From Patescibacteria group bacterium (GTDB lineage: Bacteria > Patescibacteriota > Microgenomatia > CAYGWK01), in NCBI GenBank assembly GCA_049322615.1, contig JBMORX010000010.1, positions 25,416 to 89,415 of the forward strand: 64,000 bases of DNA. The letters are read 5' to 3'. The position numbers and the translations under genes are program-made. The notes beneath the pieces were generated by a model that worked only from the letters and a program-made list of their open reading frames with translations, was not told the DNA's origin and did no database searches. Position 1 is the first letter of the stretch; each line of letters begins with the position of its first letter. Shown piece by piece: positions 47,531 to 59,900 of this stretch.

Positions 47531-50500
47531 TTATTTAATTGTCATCCCCTCGACCGTAACTCCGCTTATATTCATATCTCCAGTTGCCAGATTAACTGTT
47601 TGGGTCATACACCAATCAGAGCTGCCACCACTAACTTCTGCTCTAACTCGATATTGATAAGTATGACCTGAAGAAACGTTGGTATCAGTATGAGAAGTAC
47701 TGTCAATTGCCTTGTCTATCAAAAAAGTAAATCCTCCACTATCGGTATTCTTTTCAATTCGATAACCTGTCTCAACCGCGGTATTGTCCTGCCATTTAAC
47801 TATCAGCTGACTTGGTTGACCGCTATCATCAATCAAACAACCTGTTGGTGGGTAAAATGAAGCGGTGGTAAAAGAATAAACCGGAGACTGGGTGGTACTC
47901 CAGATATTTGAACCGCCTGGATCAATCGCATAAGAGCGCCAATAATAGGTTGTTAGGGGAGAGAGAGCCGATTGAACAGTATAAGTCGCTTGAGTGCCTG
48001 AAGTGTAAGCAGTTCCTCCTTGGGTATTCTGACCCGACCAGCCAGTTTGAGAAGAGGTTTGGTCAAAGGTTTGGCAATTTTGAGTCATTCCAGAGTCGGT
48101 ACAAACTTGAATTTTATATCTTAGGTAATCGCTTTCGGTATCAGTGGCGGTAGTTTTCAAAGCAGGAGTTAGACTAACATTGGTGGCAGCGTTAGTTGGT
48201 GAATCCAAACTTGGCGTATTCGGACGATTGTTGATCGTGTAGTTAATAGTGACACTGGTAAGTTGGGGAGAAACTTGAGTGTCATTGGTGGAAAGAATGG
48301 CGCGATATTGAATATAACGATTAGCTGTCGAGGAAATAGTTGAGCCTCCCGGCGTCGTGAGATAGTTGGTATTTGAGCGGAAATCATCAAGGTACATGGT
48401 AAAACCTTCGGAAGCATCCAAAATTCGCAACCCTAGCCTAACAATGGCATTCCTGTCGGCAACGGAAACATCACCAATATCCCAATATTCTCTTTGCCAT
48501 TTGAAAACATCGGCATCAGTAGAGTAGCCGCCAGAAGGGGCAGTTCCCGACCAGGAAGAAACGGTGACCAGTCCTGAAGAAATTGAACTTACCTCTCCTT
48601 GCATAATATAGAGAGTGCCATTGTAATTTTCTCGGACAATGACGGTGTCGCCTTTATAAAGCCCGGTGGTTGAATCAGGGGTGAATTGGGTGTCCGAAGT
48701 TGAAGTCGGACCATCGGAACCAGCGGTGGTGACAAAATCAACATTTACCTGATGCGTTCTCAAGCTATATTGATAAGCCAGGCGGATTTCCTCAGGCGTG
48801 CGGGCGGTATTAGAGATGCGGACTTCGTCAATAATTCCTTTATAAAATTGAGTCATACTCCCATTATTATTAGCCGCTCCTATAGAAGCATTTGTGACGA
48901 CGAGGGCATTTCTTGAGGTTGTATCACTACCGATTTGATTGCTATCCAGGTAGAGTTTTCTGTCGCTGGCACTTGATTGAACAAAAGCCACATGATGCCA
49001 TAGACCATCGGAGACACTTTGAGAATAGGTAATAATACTACCGCCTGTTCCGCCACTGTCTCGATACCAAACTCGAATCCCACCATTGGTTGAAGGATTG
49101 TCTCCGTAGTAAATAATAAAGAGGTTATTGGACCAGTTTGCCGGGGTTCCCTCTGAGTATACGACCGGAGCAGTGGTGAAGACGCCTAATTCCGCTTTTG
49201 CCCAAAACTCGACTGTATAAGCAGTGCCTTCGGTGACTCCAATATCAGGGAGTCCAATATAGTCATTTAATCCATTAAAATATCTTCCATTACCAATTTT
49301 TCCTTGGGTAATGGTATGCTCTGGACCAGCATAATTACCTAAAGAGGTTAAAGAGCCATTGCTAATTAAATGGTTAGCGTAGCTTAAGGAGCCGGCATTA
49401 TAAATTACCTTTCTTATTGTTCCCGAACCGTTGGTAATGGCGATAGCATCAAAATATCCAGTTCTCGTTGAAGTGGTATCGTCCTCACAGGCAACATCAA
49501 AATAAGTAATTGTTTTGCCAACGTGACCACTTGGTAAGGCGATTTTTCGGTGGTACCATTTCCCTAGAGCCTTGGCATCGAGATCGGTATTAGGATGGGC
49601 ATTCAAGTTATTTTGATCAACAACACCGGCATCTCGAAGAGTTGCTCCATCAGAGGTGGTGTAATCAAAGGCGATCTTGTCAAGCGAAGCTGTCCAATAA
49701 ATATCGTATTCAAGATAATCTCCTGACTGAATAACATAGTCGGCAACTCCAGTTAAATCAATATAAGCATAGGAGTTTCCCGAGGCAGTCATCGAATAAA
49801 CAGTTCTTAAAGAATTATAGGAAGTGCCGTCATTATTGTTTGCTGAACTGTCGTCAAGATTAGTGGATTGGTCATCTAAATGCCAAAGACCCCTAGTGTT
49901 GGTATCTGTTCCATAAACCGAATGGTCCGTTTCCCCAATATAGGTTTCGGCAATGGTTCCTTGACGGTCAGCAGCAAAATAAAAGGGAACTTTGGTTTTG
50001 CCTGAAAGATCGGTTGAGGAGATGGTTTTTTGTAATCGATGGTCTCTTCCTGCCCGATAGGCTTCGGCAATTTCCTCGGCGGTCATCGCCGTCGCTTTGA
50101 CAAATGGTTCATCGATAATGCCGTCGAAAAACGAGGCAGGGGTGGAGGTCATTGACGCCCCAATTCCAAAAGAACCAGTGTTGTCGAAGATACCTGAAGA
50201 ATAAGAAGTTGTTCCGATTAATGCCCCATCAAGATAAATTTTTAAGGCAGAACCATCATAAACTCCGACTGCCAAATGCCATTGGTAAGTGGGAACGGCC
50301 GAAGTGCCCGAGACGCCGGCGAGGGCTGTTCCGTTTGAGGAGACTAAAAAATCTAGAGAGCCGTCGGCTGAACCCGAACAGGCGCCACAAACATAAAGAT
50401 AGTAACCATATTGTCCAGAATCTCCACCTTTGGTGACAATCGAATGGTCGGCGTCAGTGTTGGCATGGGGGTAAACCCAAGCCCCGACTGTCCAGCCACC

Positions 50501-53386
50501 ACTACCGGTATAGTCGAGTTTGGTTGTTCCTCCGCAATTTCCATCGGTACAAGAAAGATATTGACTTGAACCGGAAAATTCCCTGGCGCTTGAGAAAAAT
50601 CCGCTGTTGGTGACGGTTGCCCCGGTTGGGGTGAGGTCATTATTTAAGGAAGTTTCATCTTGAATATAAGCACTCGACCCTCCTGTTTCTTCTAAGTGCC
50701 AAAGACCTCGGGTATTGGCGTCTGTTTGGGGAGCGCCGACAGTGGATTTTAAGGAACCTGTACCTTCCATTTTAATCGTTGATTCATCGGTTTTGGTAAG
50801 CATCGTTGTACTTGAGGTTGACCAATTAGTGGCATCTGAATCCATTGAGGCAATAGCAGTTTCATTGGTGATTGGTCTCCACTCTTCCCAAGTGGAATTG
50901 TCAGCCGAGGTTCGGGTCTGAAATTCCACATCCGCCCCAACCCCGGCAACAGGTTCGGGAGAGGAGTATTGGTGGACCCTTAAGTCATCAACATAAAAAG
51001 TCGTAGTTCCGCCCCAATAGCCCTGAACCCTTATTTGGGTAATGGTTGTAATTTGTCCCGTAAGAGTTCCTACTTGGTTTCCATCTATAAAAAATGTTAT
51101 CTCACCAGTAGATTTCATCCTAATAGCAAATTTATGCCAGCCAGTGGTTCTAGCAACCGTTGTGGCAGTATAAGTGAAAGCTGTATTGTGATATACATAG
51201 TTAGTAGAAGAGCTATCTGTCCAAACTCCAATCCCAACTGTATTGGTGCCATCATATAACCGAATCACCTTAAAGGCGGTGGTGTCCGAGTCATCATACA
51301 TATCAAAAGTAAGATAAATATTGGGAGTAGTAAATGCCTTATAAGCCGTTATTGAGGTATCCACTGAGTTTGTCTGGACGAGCTTGCCGCTATAGCTACC
51401 TCTTTTTGCCTGCTCGGTTGAAGCTGACCAAGTGCCGGCAGTTGGATTGAGAACAGTCCAATCGCTAACATCCCCATCCTCAAAATTATCCCAAAAAGGG
51501 AAAGTAGCCGAGCCATTACTTCCGGTGCTGGCTCCGGAATTTCCATACCACATAAAGATAGTCGTAAAGGAACTGGCGGTGATTGAGTCCACCTCCACCC
51601 AAACCTTTGCCCAGGCGCCATCGGCTTTATCTTCAATCCAATAATCAAGACTTGTTCCTGAAGAATTAGTAAAGCGCAAATCATCAAAGTCTGTTTGCAT
51701 ATTGGAGTCATAGTCAACGTTGACTTTGACTTGATAATTAGTCAAAGTGTTGGAATTTTGGGTATTATCAATAATCACCGGTTTGTAGTTGCTCCAGCCT
51801 GGAAGTGAAGCGCTTGAAGAAGCAGTATCACTCCAAGATAAAGAATCAAGACTGGTAACTTTTGAAGTGCCGGAGGTTAGGTCAATTGAATCAGAAGTGT
51901 GGATTCCATAAGGAAATCTTTGGGCATCCTGGCGAATTTCCTCAGGGGTGCGGGCGATGTCAGAGATGCGGACTTCGTCAATTACACCATTAAAATAATC
52001 GCCACTATACCAAGACGCTTTACCAATTGTCGGGGCAGTGGTGTCTTGAGACAAGGCAGACGCAGTTCCAGTACCTGTCAAAATTCCATTTATATAGATT
52101 TTTATACTTGAACCATCCCAAGTGCCAGCAAGATGGCTCCATGTTCCGCTTGGAAGGGCAACCGTACTTGTTGCAGATGGGCATGTTGATGGGGTGCAGA
52201 TATTAAAAAATGGAATACCGCTACTTGTTACTTCTAATTTATAACCTATCCAATTCCCGCCATACTTTGAAAAAATAGCACAATTGGTATCGGCCCCTGT
52301 ACAGGTAAAATTAGTTGGTTTTACCCAGGCTTCAACAGTAACCGCTGATGTAGGTTTTAGTGAAGAAGAGTCAGAGAAAGAAATATAATCACTTGAACCG
52401 TTAAAACTCCGGGCATTGCCGAATTTGCCGGTGGTGACATTAGTGCTACTTGCTGATGTGCCGGTGTTTGAGTTTCCAGAGCTATCGGCGACAGTGGTGG
52501 TTCCTGAACTTTCATTCATATGCCATAATCCTACGGTCCGAATATCGGCTGCAAGTTCATGGTAGGGAAGCTCAAGTTTTGGCGAGGAGCCGGAACCAGC
52601 ATCGCTAATTCGATTGAAGGTGCCGGTGGAGAATTCAGAAGAGGTATCGTGGACGACCGAAGGGTCAATAATAACCGGATATTGGCGAGCCGGATGAGAA
52701 AGCCAGTCTGAAGAAGGCGAGATGATAATCTCGTAAGACGTAGAACCAGAAAGACTTGAACGCGAAACAACGCGGAGTTCAACCTCGGTGCTTCTGGCGC
52801 CCGCCGCATCAACCATAAAAGGCTTGGGAATATGGAAGCGATATTGACCATCTTGGGTGTCAATAAAGTAAGTTGAAACTCTGCCATCTAAGGATTTCCT
52901 TGGCACCGCATTCTTTAAATTAAGCGCGAATCTAAATTGCTTAATTGCTAGATTGCTAGATTGCTGATTGCTGAGAATAATTTCTTCCTTAATGCCTTTA
53001 TCGTTAAGCGAATATTTAATATCAATTCCCGGCTGGATATCTTTATAAAGAAGTGAGCTACAGTTCACCTCCGAGGTGGAAGAGGCTCCGCCTTCGGCGG
53101 AGAGACACCTCGGAGGTGGATTTCCAAATTCGGCAGGAGAAAATTCTGCGGACGAGTCTTCTTGTTCAAATTTGACTTTGGGTTTGTTTTCTTGAAGCCT
53201 ATCTCCCAGATATACTGCGAAATCTTTAGATATATTTTGATAGAGATAAGAGGTGGTTGGGGGAGCAGGTGATAATTGGGGGACAGAGGCTTTTTTGGGA
53301 GAAGGCTTAATTACGGAAAAAGCTATAATAATTATAATTATTATAATTGTTATAAATTTTATAATCTTTATAATTTTTTTCTTCAT
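47531..53386 (-). CDS. 1,951-aa surface protein with LamG-like, DUF2341-like and Fn3-like modules
   Basis: N-terminal TM. Repeated ...F.G.IDEVRIS..ARTPEEIR (LamG/laminin-G_3 C-terminal signature). LDYWIED...AKVWVEV...IFMWYGN (DUF2341-like). C-terminal Fn3-like repeats. Confidence 0.7.
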   Translation of the reverse strand: MKKKIIKIIKFITIIIIIIIIAFSVIKPSPKKASVPQLSPAPPTTSYLYQNISKDFAVYLGDRLQENKPKVKFEQEDSSAEFSPAEFGNPPPRCLSAEGGASSTSEVNCSSLLYKDIQPGIDIKYSLNDKGIKEEIILSNQQSSNLAIKQFRFALNLKNAVPRKSLDGRVSTYFIDTQDGQYRFHIPKPFMVDAAGARSTEVELRVVSRSSLSGSTSYEIIISPSSDWLSHPARQYPVIIDPSVVHDTSSEFSTGTFNRISDAGSGSSPKLELPYHELAADIRTVGLWHMNESSGTTTVADSSGNSNTGTSASSTNVTTGKFGNARSFNGSSDYISFSDSSSLKPTSAVTVEAWVKPTNFTCTGADTNCAIFSKYGGNWIGYKLEVTSSGIPFFNICTPSTCPSATSTVALPSGTWSHLAGTWDGSSIKIYINGILTGTGTASALSQDTTAPTIGKASWYSGDYFNGVIDEVRISDIARTPEEIRQDAQRFPYGIHTSDSIDLTSGTSKVTSLDSLSWSDTASSSASLPGWSNYKPVIIDNTQNSNTLTNYQVKVNVDYDSNMQTDFDDLRFTNSSGTSLDYWIEDKADGAWAKVWVEVDSITASSFTTIFMWYGNSGASTGSNGSATFPFWDNFEDGDVSDWTVLNPTAGTWSASTEQAKRGSYSGKLVQTNSVDTSITAYKAFTTPNIYLTFDMYDDSDTTAFKVIRLYDGTNTVGIGVWTDSSSTNYVYHNTAFTYTATTVARTTGWHKFAIRMKSTGEITFFIDGNQVGTLTGQITTITQIRVQGYWGGTTTFYVDDLRVHQYSSPEPVAGVGADVEFQTRTSADNSTWEEWRPITNETAIASMDSDATNWSTSSTTMLTKTDESTIKMEGTGSLKSTVGAPQTDANTRGLWHLEETGGSSAYIQDETSLNNDLTPTGATVTNSGFFSSAREFSGSSQYLSCTDGNCGGTTKLDYTGSGGWTVGAWVYPHANTDADHSIVTKGGDSGQYGYYLYVCGACSGSADGSLDFLVSSNGTALAGVSGTSAVPTYQWHLAVGVYDGSALKIYLDGALIGTTSYSSGIFDNTGSFGIGASMTSTPASFFDGIIDEPFVKATAMTAEEIAEAYRAGRDHRLQKTISSTDLSGKTKVPFYFAADRQGTIAETYIGETDHSVYGTDTNTRGLWHLDDQSTNLDDSSANNNDGTSYNSLRTVYSMTASGNSYAYIDLTGVADYVIQSGDYLEYDIYWTASLDKIAFDYTTSDGATLRDAGVVDQNNLNAHPNTDLDAKALGKWYHRKIALPSGHVGKTITYFDVACEDDTTSTRTGYFDAIAITNGSGTIRKVIYNAGSLSYANHLISNGSLTSLGNYAGPEHTITQGKIGNGRYFNGLNDYIGLPDIGVTEGTAYTVEFWAKAELGVFTTAPVVYSEGTPANWSNNLFIIYYGDNPSTNGGIRVWYRDSGGTGGSIITYSQSVSDGLWHHVAFVQSSASDRKLYLDSNQIGSDTTSRNALVVTNASIGAANNNGSMTQFYKGIIDEVRISNTARTPEEIRLAYQYSLRTHQVNVDFVTTAGSDGPTSTSDTQFTPDSTTGLYKGDTVIVRENYNGTLYIMQGEVSSISSGLVTVSSWSGTAPSGGYSTDADVFKWQREYWDIGDVSVADRNAIVRLGLRILDASEGFTMYLDDFRSNTNYLTTPGGSTISSTANRYIQYRAILSTNDTQVSPQLTSVTINYTINNRPNTPSLDSPTNAATNVSLTPALKTTATDTESDYLRYKIQVCTDSGMTQNCQTFDQTSSQTGWSGQNTQGGTAYTSGTQATYTVQSALSPLTTYYWRSYAIDPGGSNIWSTTQSPVYSFTTASFYPPTGCLIDDSGQPSQLIVKWQDNTAVETGYRIEKNTDSGGFTFLIDKAIDSTSHTDTNVSSGHTYQYRVRAEVSGGSSDWCMTQTVNLATGDMNISGVTVEGMTIK

Positions 53387-53946
53387 CTTGATTTTCCTTT
53401 CTTAAACTCTAGTCTTTTTCTAAACAGGTTTTCTCTAAATCCGCCCTCTTTGATAAATCTTTCCTCGGTCCAGCGGAGTTTTTGGTCTAACAGAGAGTTG
53501 GTTTGGTTGATAAGACAGATTAGGGTGTTGGCGGCCGTCTCGGGAGATTTCTGAATATAAATTTTATAATCTTTATAACTTTTATAATTTTTATAGGCGA
53601 TTCTTCGAATCGCCAGGGATCGAGGATCGTCTTTCAGCCAAAGAGTAAGTCCTCTTTGTCTTAAAAAATCTAAGAAGTCGTTTAGAAGTTCTTCGTAGGA
53701 GCCCCGAGAAACTCCTAGCATCTTTAATCTCCCTTCAACGCTTTTTTGGAGGTAGCCCTCGGCAATGCACTGTTTGCCGGATCTTGCGGCTTGAGTCATT
53801 TGCTCTTTTTGGCGAAGAGAGCGGATATAGCGGTCGCAAAACTCAACCGTTCCATCGTAAACAATCTCCGCCTGTTGGAAGAAGGGAAGGGTTTTATAAC
53901 CGCTAGGTTTCAAACTCTGCTTATAACCTTTATAATTTTTATCCAT
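53383..53946 (-). CDS. Four-helix-bundle suffix-domain protein
   Basis: QAARSGKQCIAEGY...SRGSYEELLNDFLDFLRQRGL..W matches my memory of the four-helix-bundle suffix family. ATGA overlap with the LamG gene. Confidence 0.6.
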   Translation of the reverse strand: MDKNYKGYKQSLKPSGYKTLPFFQQAEIVYDGTVEFCDRYIRSLRQKEQMTQAARSGKQCIAEGYLQKSVEGRLKMLGVSRGSYEELLNDFLDFLRQRGLTLWLKDDPRSLAIRRIAYKNYKSYKDYKIYIQKSPETAANTLICLINQTNSLLDQKLRWTEERFIKEGGFRENLFRKRLEFKKGKSR

Positions 53947-53947
53947 C

Positions 53948-56900
53948 TTAATTTATTATCCACCAGTTAAACCTTATCTCTTGGTCAATTGGGGTATCAA
54001 TTCCAACCTTAAACCATTCGCCAGATTTCTTGGCCGAAACGTACAAGACCTTATTTTGAGTATCTGAAACTGGAGTAAGATAAACTAAAGTATTTTCGCT
54101 GACTTTTGGATTAAAAATTGTAAATTCAGTTGAGCCCGCAGGTAAAATTCCCAACCCCGAGGTGGCGTTAGTTCGGATTTCTGCCAGGCTTGCCGATTGG
54201 GTAGCCGAGTAATCGGCGGCAATGACCAGAGAGGCAAATTGGGCTGAACCCGAAGCATCGATTGAGGCGACGGTCTCCCCAAGCGGGTTTTGAATCGCCA
54301 AGAGCTTGCCAAAAGCAGATTCTTCTGGGGAGGTCGAACCTCCGGAGAGGTTCGACCTCTTAAGGACTAAACCAGAAGCCGAGATCTCACCGCCGACTGC
54401 CAGATTGCCGGCGACCTGAACATTGCCATCGGTATCAATCGTCATCTTTCCTGCCAGAATATCAACTGGTCCCCAACCAGAGGACTGAAGACGGAGGACA
54501 GAAGACGGAAGAGAGTTGATACCCGTGCTGTCGATAACAACTGCTCCATCAACCATTAATTGTCCAGCCACAGTCGTGTCAGCCAAAGAGGTTCGGCCTA
54601 AAACCTTTAAGTTTGCGGTGATTTTCAGGTCAGAAGAAGGATCGGTGATTGGCCAAGATTGAGTCTCAGCTAAAAGACTGCTTGCAGTTGCGGTTTCGTT
54701 GGCATATGATAGAGTTGGCGTGGGGTTGGCAGGTTGGCTGGATGGGCTTGTCAAGCCACGTCCATCGGGTTCAACTCCCGACAGCTCCACGCCCTCTTGA
54801 GATTGGGACTTGACAGGCGTGTTATTATCTGTTATATTATTGTCAAGCTTGACAGGCCCATCTATTAGCGAACTTGCTGGACTTACCAGAGCCGCTTCAT
54901 TTGAGGCGGTTTTTTGGTTCTCGAGATTTTCTAACCTTGCCAATAATTCTCCAAAGCTGCCCCTTAAGGCGCTTATTTCTTTAGTTTCTATCTTGTCCGC
55001 GTAGAGGGTGCCGGAAACCGTCGCATCTTGGGTTACTTGTAACGTCTCACTTGTCACCTGTCCGGCGAAGCTTGCTGAGCCGGAAGAATCTATACTCGCC
55101 ACCGTTTCTCCTTGCTCATTCTGAACCAGAAGCTTGCCGAAGCCAGATCCTTCGGAGGTCGAACCTCCTTGGAGGTTCGACCTCTTAAGGGAAATCACGA
55201 TTTCCGAAGAGTCTGGTAATGGTGAAATAATTCCAGTCTCAACCACCGGCGAGATAATCTTCTTCTCGGCGATTAATCTTTGTCCAAAAATCGTTCCTGC
55301 TTCGTCAATTGAGGCAATGGTTTTACCAAGAGAGTCTTTAATCTCAAGAACTTTTTCAGCTACATCAACTGCCTTCTTGGTGTTAATAACTACCTTATTT
55401 AAAGTGGCTACTCCCAATTCGTCAATTAACCAATTGCCGTCCGTTGATTTAATAGTCTTAGTCACTATTTCCTGGGCTTGTATTTGTTCCTCTGGTGGTG
55501 AGTCTTGGTTCCAAGAGAGATTGGCAAAGGCGGTAACTTCTCCTAGGGCATTGATGTCTCCATTGGTTTCAAAGGGAGAAAGGGCGATTCCGATAGTTCT
55601 TACTTTACCGGTCGCCTTCATTGCCCGACCCGGGACAGGTGAGGCCGTCAAGAAATCGCCTCTTTTGATCGAGCCGCCAATTCCAGAAACCTTAACTGGA
55701 ACACGACCCGCAAGAGCAAGAGGATATTTAAATTTAGCTTCGGGCATATCGCCGTCAAGAGTTATAGCGGGCGCAGTCGAAATAATACCCAAAACATCCC
55801 CTTGATTAGCCTTTGTAGTCCTTACCAGGTTTTCGTTGTTATTTGGGTCAACAGCAACTAGTTCTCCCGGTTCAAGGGGCATACTAGCGGGAAACATTTC
55901 TGCTAAATCAAAACCGTTAGATAGACGACAACATTGAGCATACCAACCCGGATTACAAGTTCCGGGGCAGGAGCCTCCCCCTGAAACAGAGGTACATTTA
56001 TAAGTGGTGGAAATATTACTACAAGCAGTATTCCCGGTTATACCATTGCAATCTGCGGAAGTTGTACATTCAATATTTAACGCCGTACCACTTTTTCTTA
56101 TTTGACCAGTAAAGTTAATATCTCCGGAAACATCTAATTTATAGGAGGGCCCCGTCGTCCCGATGCCGACGTTGCCGTTCATATAAATCTTACCTTCACT
56201 ATCTACAATTTCCCCATAACCCGCATGCTTATACATCTGAATGTATGCACCAGCAGTACCTTCGTACAATCTTAATTTCGCTTCGCTACCACTTGTAGAT
56301 GTTCCAGCAACAATGTCCCCTGCAACTGCCAATTTAAAATTTGAACCAAGATTATTCCAGATATTAGAACCAACTTGTGTGAGATACGCTGGACTCGTCG
56401 TCCCGATGCCGACATTGCTACCATCCAGAGTCATTACATTCGCAACACCGAGATTAGTGAAAGTCAATTTACTACTTAAATTTTCGATTCTCCAGGTTTT
56501 TCCTGCGGTAGAGTTTGTAAGGTCCAGTTGGACATCGCCAGCACGTTCAATATCTAAAGCAACTGTTGGACTTGTCGTCCCGATTCCGATATTGCCAGCG
56601 TTGGTAATTCTTAGCCTTTCTGTTGCTCCGGCGTCGCCTCCAACCGAGGTATAAAAAGCCAAATCGCCAGCGTTTAAGGTATAAATCTTGGAAAGTCCGG
56701 AAGTGGGGAGAAGAGTAAGATTGGGGGTGCCGGAAATTGAGGCAATTCCACCCATCGTTAAATTGCCAACATTAATTAAGTTGTCACTTGCAAGAGAAAT
56801 ATTATTTGAGGCAGCGTTAATGGTAATATCTCCTGAACTATTGCTAATTAAAGATTGGGCGCCGCCAACAGTCAAACTTCCACTTTGGGTGGAGGAACCG

Positions 56901-59900
56901 CCGGCATCCAAAGACCATTTAGAAACACCATTATTTTGAATATCAAAGAGTTTCCTGCCAGTAGAGAGAGTATTTGCGGTATTGAAAAGATAAGCAGTAT
57001 TTGAGCCGGTATCAGCCACCGTTGAAAGCAAGGTTAATTGTCCGCTTGCGCCAATGGTAAAAGAGGTATAATTTGAGGCATTGTAGGCAAGCCTTAATTG
57101 CTCGGTTGTCTTTAAGACCTCCAAAAGAGCGTTCGGTGAAGTCGTCCCGATGCCGACGTTGCCGGCGACTAAAAGGGAATTGGTGGAAGCGGCTGGGTCT
57201 AAGAAATAGGCAGTATTGGCGGTATCCACAAACCGAGCGGCATTAACATAGTTTGAAGAATCAATCGTCACTCCGCCGGAATTAAAAGAAGCGGTTCCGG
57301 TGGTAGTAATATTGCCGGCATTAGAAATTGTAAATCTGGGGGTGCCAGAGGAGGAGGCGGTAAAGATGTCATTTACTGTTCCGGTTTCATTTAGGATGGT
57401 CAAAGCCTTGCCGGTGGTAGTGCCATCAACATGAAGTTTGGTTAAAGGAGAGGTGGTGCCAATGCCGACGTTGCCAGAAATATACGTGTTGTGTGCCAAA
57501 ATCCCGTTACCGACAAAGTTATGAGTCCCCTCAACCTCTATGTCATAAACTTGTTCTTCTCCTACATACTTAATGGATTGGATTTTGTCCCACACCACAT
57601 ATGGTTCGGAGTTCGAAGAGCGAAGATCGGAGAAAGAAACGGTAGCGATAGAATCGCCAGGCTGGAGATAGATTACTTTTGACCAGAGGAGGTTTTGAGA
57701 TAATTGATGAGGCTGGTAATCATTTTGCGAATCTGATGGGTTTGTCCCAACAGAGGCTTGATTTGCTGTTCCGTCAGATAGCCTAATTCCACTGCCAGTC
57801 TGAGACAGGCTACTACCTCGAAGAGGCTGCCTCTGGCTTGATAGAGAAACTGGATAAACTCTGTCTTGTGATACCTGCCCGACCCCTCGGCTAGGTTGAG
57901 GAGAATCGAGACCACCGCTCTCCTTAACTGATCCGCCAGACCATACTGTTCGTGTTTGGGAAAATTCGTAATCAGTTGATAAACTGCCTTGACTAAGATC
58001 ATAGTCTTTTTCCAAACCTCCAGTTTCTCGAAGTTGAACTCTTCGTTGGTATTCATCATAAGTTAATTGTACCAGATAGGGATGGTTACCAGTAGTTCTA
58101 ATTTCTTTGCCGCTTTCAGTCTTGAGCTTAAAGACTGGTTTAATCCCCATGTCCAAAAGTTTGTTAATCTTCGCTGGTTGAACTTTACCTGTCTGCTCAT
58201 TCCTTGAGTAAACCAGTGTTCCTGGTTGAACATCTTTAATCTGAACTTCGCTCTTCGAACTTCGATCTTCAGAAACTTCACCTTGTTTATCTAGGTCTTG
58301 AGTAACAATAGAGAGGAGGGTATCACCGGTAACGCACTGACCTTCAACGTGAAGTTTCTGAACAGGCCCCGTCGTCCCGATGCCGACGTTGCCGCTTACA
58401 TATAAAATATTGTTCCCTGCCCCTGGACTTCCACCTACTCCAAACCCCCCGCTGGTATAGAATTGCCCCCACCCAGTCGAGTAAATAATACCCGCTTGAG
58501 TATTATCTGTACGAGTGCTTTCAATAAGAGCAGTATCTGAATCAGCCGCAAAATTCAATGCAGCATTATTAAACCCAGCGCCGATGATAACATTACCTCC
58601 ACTAACATGTAACTTCGCCCCCGGTCCCGTCGTCCCGATGCCGACGTTGCCGGAGGCTAATAACATCGTGTCACTGCTACGTCCACTCTCTCGAAATCCC
58701 AAACCGGCACTTGAGGTAATTCTTGCGTTATTGCTGTCAAAAGTCAGAATATTTCCATAGTTTAAGGTTTCAACACCTTGGGTAGTAACTGTCCAACGAT
58801 TAGCCGTCCCATCTGACAAAATCAGTGAGGGATTTGACGAAGAAGAATCCTGAACAACAAATCTCGCCCCCGGCCCCGTCGTCCCGATGCCGACGTTGCC
58901 GGCGTTAGTGATGGTCATTCTTGGAGTTAGTCCCGCATCTCCACCAACCGAGGTCTGGAAATCAAGCCTTGAGCCATTTAAGACATCAATCGTTCCTGGC
59001 GAGGTTCCTCGTAAAACCAAACTCCCTGAAGCCGAGGCATCTCCGACAATATCAAGCGAATCATCAGTCTTAAGCCAATTGGCGGCCGAGCGGTAAAGAT
59101 TAGTGTCAGTTCCAAAAGTAATTCCCGAGGCAGCGTCGCCATCAGTTGAGGCAAGTTGTAAAGAGTAAGTATCGGCATCAGCAATATAAAGACCAATATC
59201 AGTTGAGCCGCCAGCAGTTTGATTGCCAATGTAGATACCATAATTGTTGGAAAGGGTTCCGCCACCACTATTTATGGCATCACCAACATAAAAGCCGTAG
59301 GCGTTAGTTATTGTTCCGGTTGAGAGATTGGACCGACTGGTATAAAACGAATAGGCATTGTTAACTGTTCCATTAGAGGTGTTTTCTATCGAAGCATAAT
59401 TGCCGGCTGCTTGGGTAACAGTTCCCGAGCCGGCATGGATCGCCTTGGCGTTGGTTCCCCACAGGGCACCGATATTTTGCGCTCCCATTCCGTAAGCCTG
59501 TGCCTGGTGTCCATAGAAGTTGGCGGTTGAGGCGGAGGCTGGGTTGGCGACAGCTTCGGTGTAGAGAGCGGTTACCTCTCCACTGGTGTTTGTAAAAACT
59601 TCTCTAGACATTGTGGTTTTAGTTGTGTCAAAGAAACCGCCGGAGCCGAGGGCAACGTTGCTAGCAGCGAAAAATTGATCATCTGTTCCCAATCTGTTTG
59701 CCGCCGAGCGGTAAAGGTTGGTGTCAGGAGCCCCTGAACCTGAACCCCATCGAAGATAACCAGCACTTGCTCCGGTACCAATGACTTGAAAGTAGGCAGA
59801 ATTGGTGGCAGTTCCTCCAATTAAAAGATCATCAGTAATATTAGTGGGGGATAAAGCCCCGGCGTTTCTCTGCCAATATCCGGAGGTTCCTGTTCCCGGA

